64,000 nt of DNA, from the NCBI GenBank assembly GCA_002269645.1, contig NIVC01003755.1, forward strand, positions 1-64,000, written 5' to 3'. Below the pieces are notes generated by a model, which saw nothing but the letters and a program-made list of their open reading frames with translations, searched no databases and had not been told where the DNA came from. This stretch comes from Macrostomum lignano. Lineage: Eukaryota. A program made the translations under genes and the position numbers. This document shows, one piece after another, positions 62,232 through 64,000 of the stretch. Position 1 is the stretch's first letter. Each line of letters opens with the position of its first letter.

Positions 62232-63743
62232 ATGCTCCAAGAACGACTTCTACGCTTCCTCTCTATATGTGTACTGCTTGGGATCATAGTATTTTCAGGG
62301 CTCAATCAGGTAAGTGAACTCACAATTTCATCTTATGGTGTCAATTATGGATTACAAGAGGTATAGGTTATCGAAAATCTTCTCTAAGTCTAACGCCTCA
62401 GCCAAGTGATGATACCAGCATAAGCTAAGGGGCTGTAGCCTAGTGGTTAGAACGTCGGACTCATGACTGAGAGGTCACGGGTTCGATTCTCGACCCACTC
62501 GGAACAATTTGTGTCCTTGAGCAAGACACTTGACTCTGAACTACTTCAGCTCACCCAGCTGTAAAATGGGTGCCAGCATTAGCTGGGGTAATTGAGGGTG
62601 TGTGTGGCGACCCCCCAGTCCTTGGACTGAACAGCCGTACGCAGCCTTCAGATGCACCGCACAATAGCTGCGGCTGAGCTGTCGGTTGCACATCAGGCCA
62701 TTAGGGCAGGTGTAGGCAATTATTATTATTATTAGCATAAACAACTAGGATGTTATGTCAACTTATGTCTGTAGAACAGGACGAAAGAAAAGCTGTTCCT
62801 ATATGTCTCTAAGGTATTTTTCGATGCAAGTTTTTCTCTGAACAGATGTTCTAGTTCAGGAGACGGCCAACTCCGACCCATGCAGCCCGCGAAGTCTCTC
62901 TATCCGGCCCTCAGGTCCTTTGAAACTTCACAATAGCAATACGACCCGCTGAAGGTTTGTGACTATTCTCAGCTCTCTTCTCTCTAATCTCCAGCTCTCT
63001 CTTCTTTTCTCTCCTCTCCTCTCCCTTCTCTCCCGTCCTCACTCTCTCCTCTCTTCTCCTTTATTCCCTCTTCTCTCTTCTCTACTTTGCTTCTCTATTT
63101 CAATAGAGAGACAGGCAATGTCTTCTCTATTTTTCCCTTCTATTTCCGGCCCACAGTCATGTTCTAGATTCTCTACCTGGGCTTGAAGCAAAAATGTTTG
63201 CCAAACCCTGTTCTAGTTCAAAGTCTATCAGCTGAGAGATAGTCAATTTAGTAAGGTAGAAAAATAACTCAGTCTTCAGAGAAAGACTGAATTCTGAAGT
63301 GCCAAGTCTTCTCACAGCGCTATACCGTGGTCCTCTTTGCTTACTTTACAAGAATCTACCTCTCTAGAATGAGGTCACTAAAACGAGTGTGAACGCAAAT
63401 CCAGTAACATAATTTCAGCAATTTCATATCCAACGCAAGAATGGAAGCCTGACAGCAGTTGAACCAAGTAACAGTTCAGGAGGCAGCTCCTCAGACTGCG
63501 GCCCGATTCCGCGCATACTGCACTACACTTTCTCCAGCGAGCATGCGTACTCAAACTACAAGGGATTTGTAAGCGATTGCCTGGCGCTGAATCCCGACTG
63601 GCAGGTCTACCTGTGGCGGGACGCCGACGCGGAGCGCCTAATTAAGGATCACTATCCTGACTTTGCGGCCAAGTTTGCCAGCTATCGAGGCGACTTGCAA
63701 AAGTCTGACGCCATTCGGTACGCTGTGCTGCATCGATTCGGCG
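62232..63743 (+). CDS. Glycosyltransferase family 32 (DXD sugar-binding, SUR1/OCH1-like), type II membrane protein; first two coding exons, gene continues past the window
   Basis: Exon 62232-62309 MLQERLLRFLSICVLLGIIVFSGLNQ (signal anchor, donor cag/gtaagt); exon 63419-63743 ...IPRILHYTF...NPDWQVYLWRDADAERLIKDHYPDF...SYRGDLQKSDAIRYAVLHRFGG/gtgagt; phases are compatible. Confidence 0.85.
62429..62733 (+). mobile_element. tRNA-derived SINE with CORE-like domain and (ATT)n tail, copy 2
   Basis: Box A tagcctagtgg, box B ggttcgattc, gtccttgagcaagacacttgactc...cagctgtaaaatggg, (att)n tail. Confidence 0.87.
62857..63210. mobile_element. Non-autonomous hAT (Charlie-like) element with 8-bp TSD
   Basis: TSD ttctagtt at 62849-62856 and 63211-63218; imperfect TIR caggagacggccaac / gtttgccaaaccctg; internal ccggccc motifs. 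Related fragments at about 497-560 and 18013-18062. Confidence 0.8.
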
Positions 63744-64000
63744 GTGAGTCTGGGGCGGTGGGGGGCGGATTTGTCAAATGTTTTTCAAAAGTGTCAGTCT
63801 CATTGTAAACAAATTCCCGTTTAGAAAACGTTACCGTGACCAGAATCGCTAAAGAGTGATTGCAAACAACTCACTTGTTACTCTAGGGAGTCTGGGGCCA
63901 CTCTTGTGACTCTTTAACGATTCAAACAACTGTAATGCGACGGAGAGGCGACTGTTTAGTCACGAGCACCTCAAGTGAGTTGCATGATCGCAAGAGTCGC

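Noticed and set aside
62429-62510. tRNA gene (also 26015-26096, minus)
   Set aside because: The tRNA-like head continues into a shared CORE-like body and (ATT)n tail in two diverged copies, so these are SINEs.

Overview
Eukaryotic (animal) genomic DNA with spliceosomal genes whose larger introns are filled with minisatellites and transposons. The style suggests a free-living flatworm such as Macrostomum, but that is inference only. Host genes reconstructed exon by exon: ATE1 (arginyl-tRNA--protein transferase, +, 5818-11045), SGPL1 (sphingosine-1-phosphate lyase, -, 14 exons, 29926-48319), an intronless cytochrome c (-, 55374-55703) and the first two coding exons of a GT32/DXD glycosyltransferase (+, from 62232, running off the window). 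Mobile DNA: two Ty3/Gypsy elements (one decayed and interrupted by two insertions, one very young internally deleted copy with identical LTRs and a 5-bp TSD), RTE LINE copies, an Ingi-like deletion derivative with a 2A-like motif, two tRNA/CORE-type SINEs, a hAT MITE and a Helentron-like HINE. The most interesting structure is a Crypton-type tyrosine recombinase gene (35202-36788, one GC-AG intron) nested antisense in an SGPL1 intron. It sits between directly repeated TACCATAGACAAAA sites. The same CCATAGAC/GTCTATGG core occurs 21 times (counted by eye) in three tight clusters, where it separates unrelated short modules, which resembles a recombinase-built cassette array. All coordinates were read by eye; repeat boundaries are approximate.
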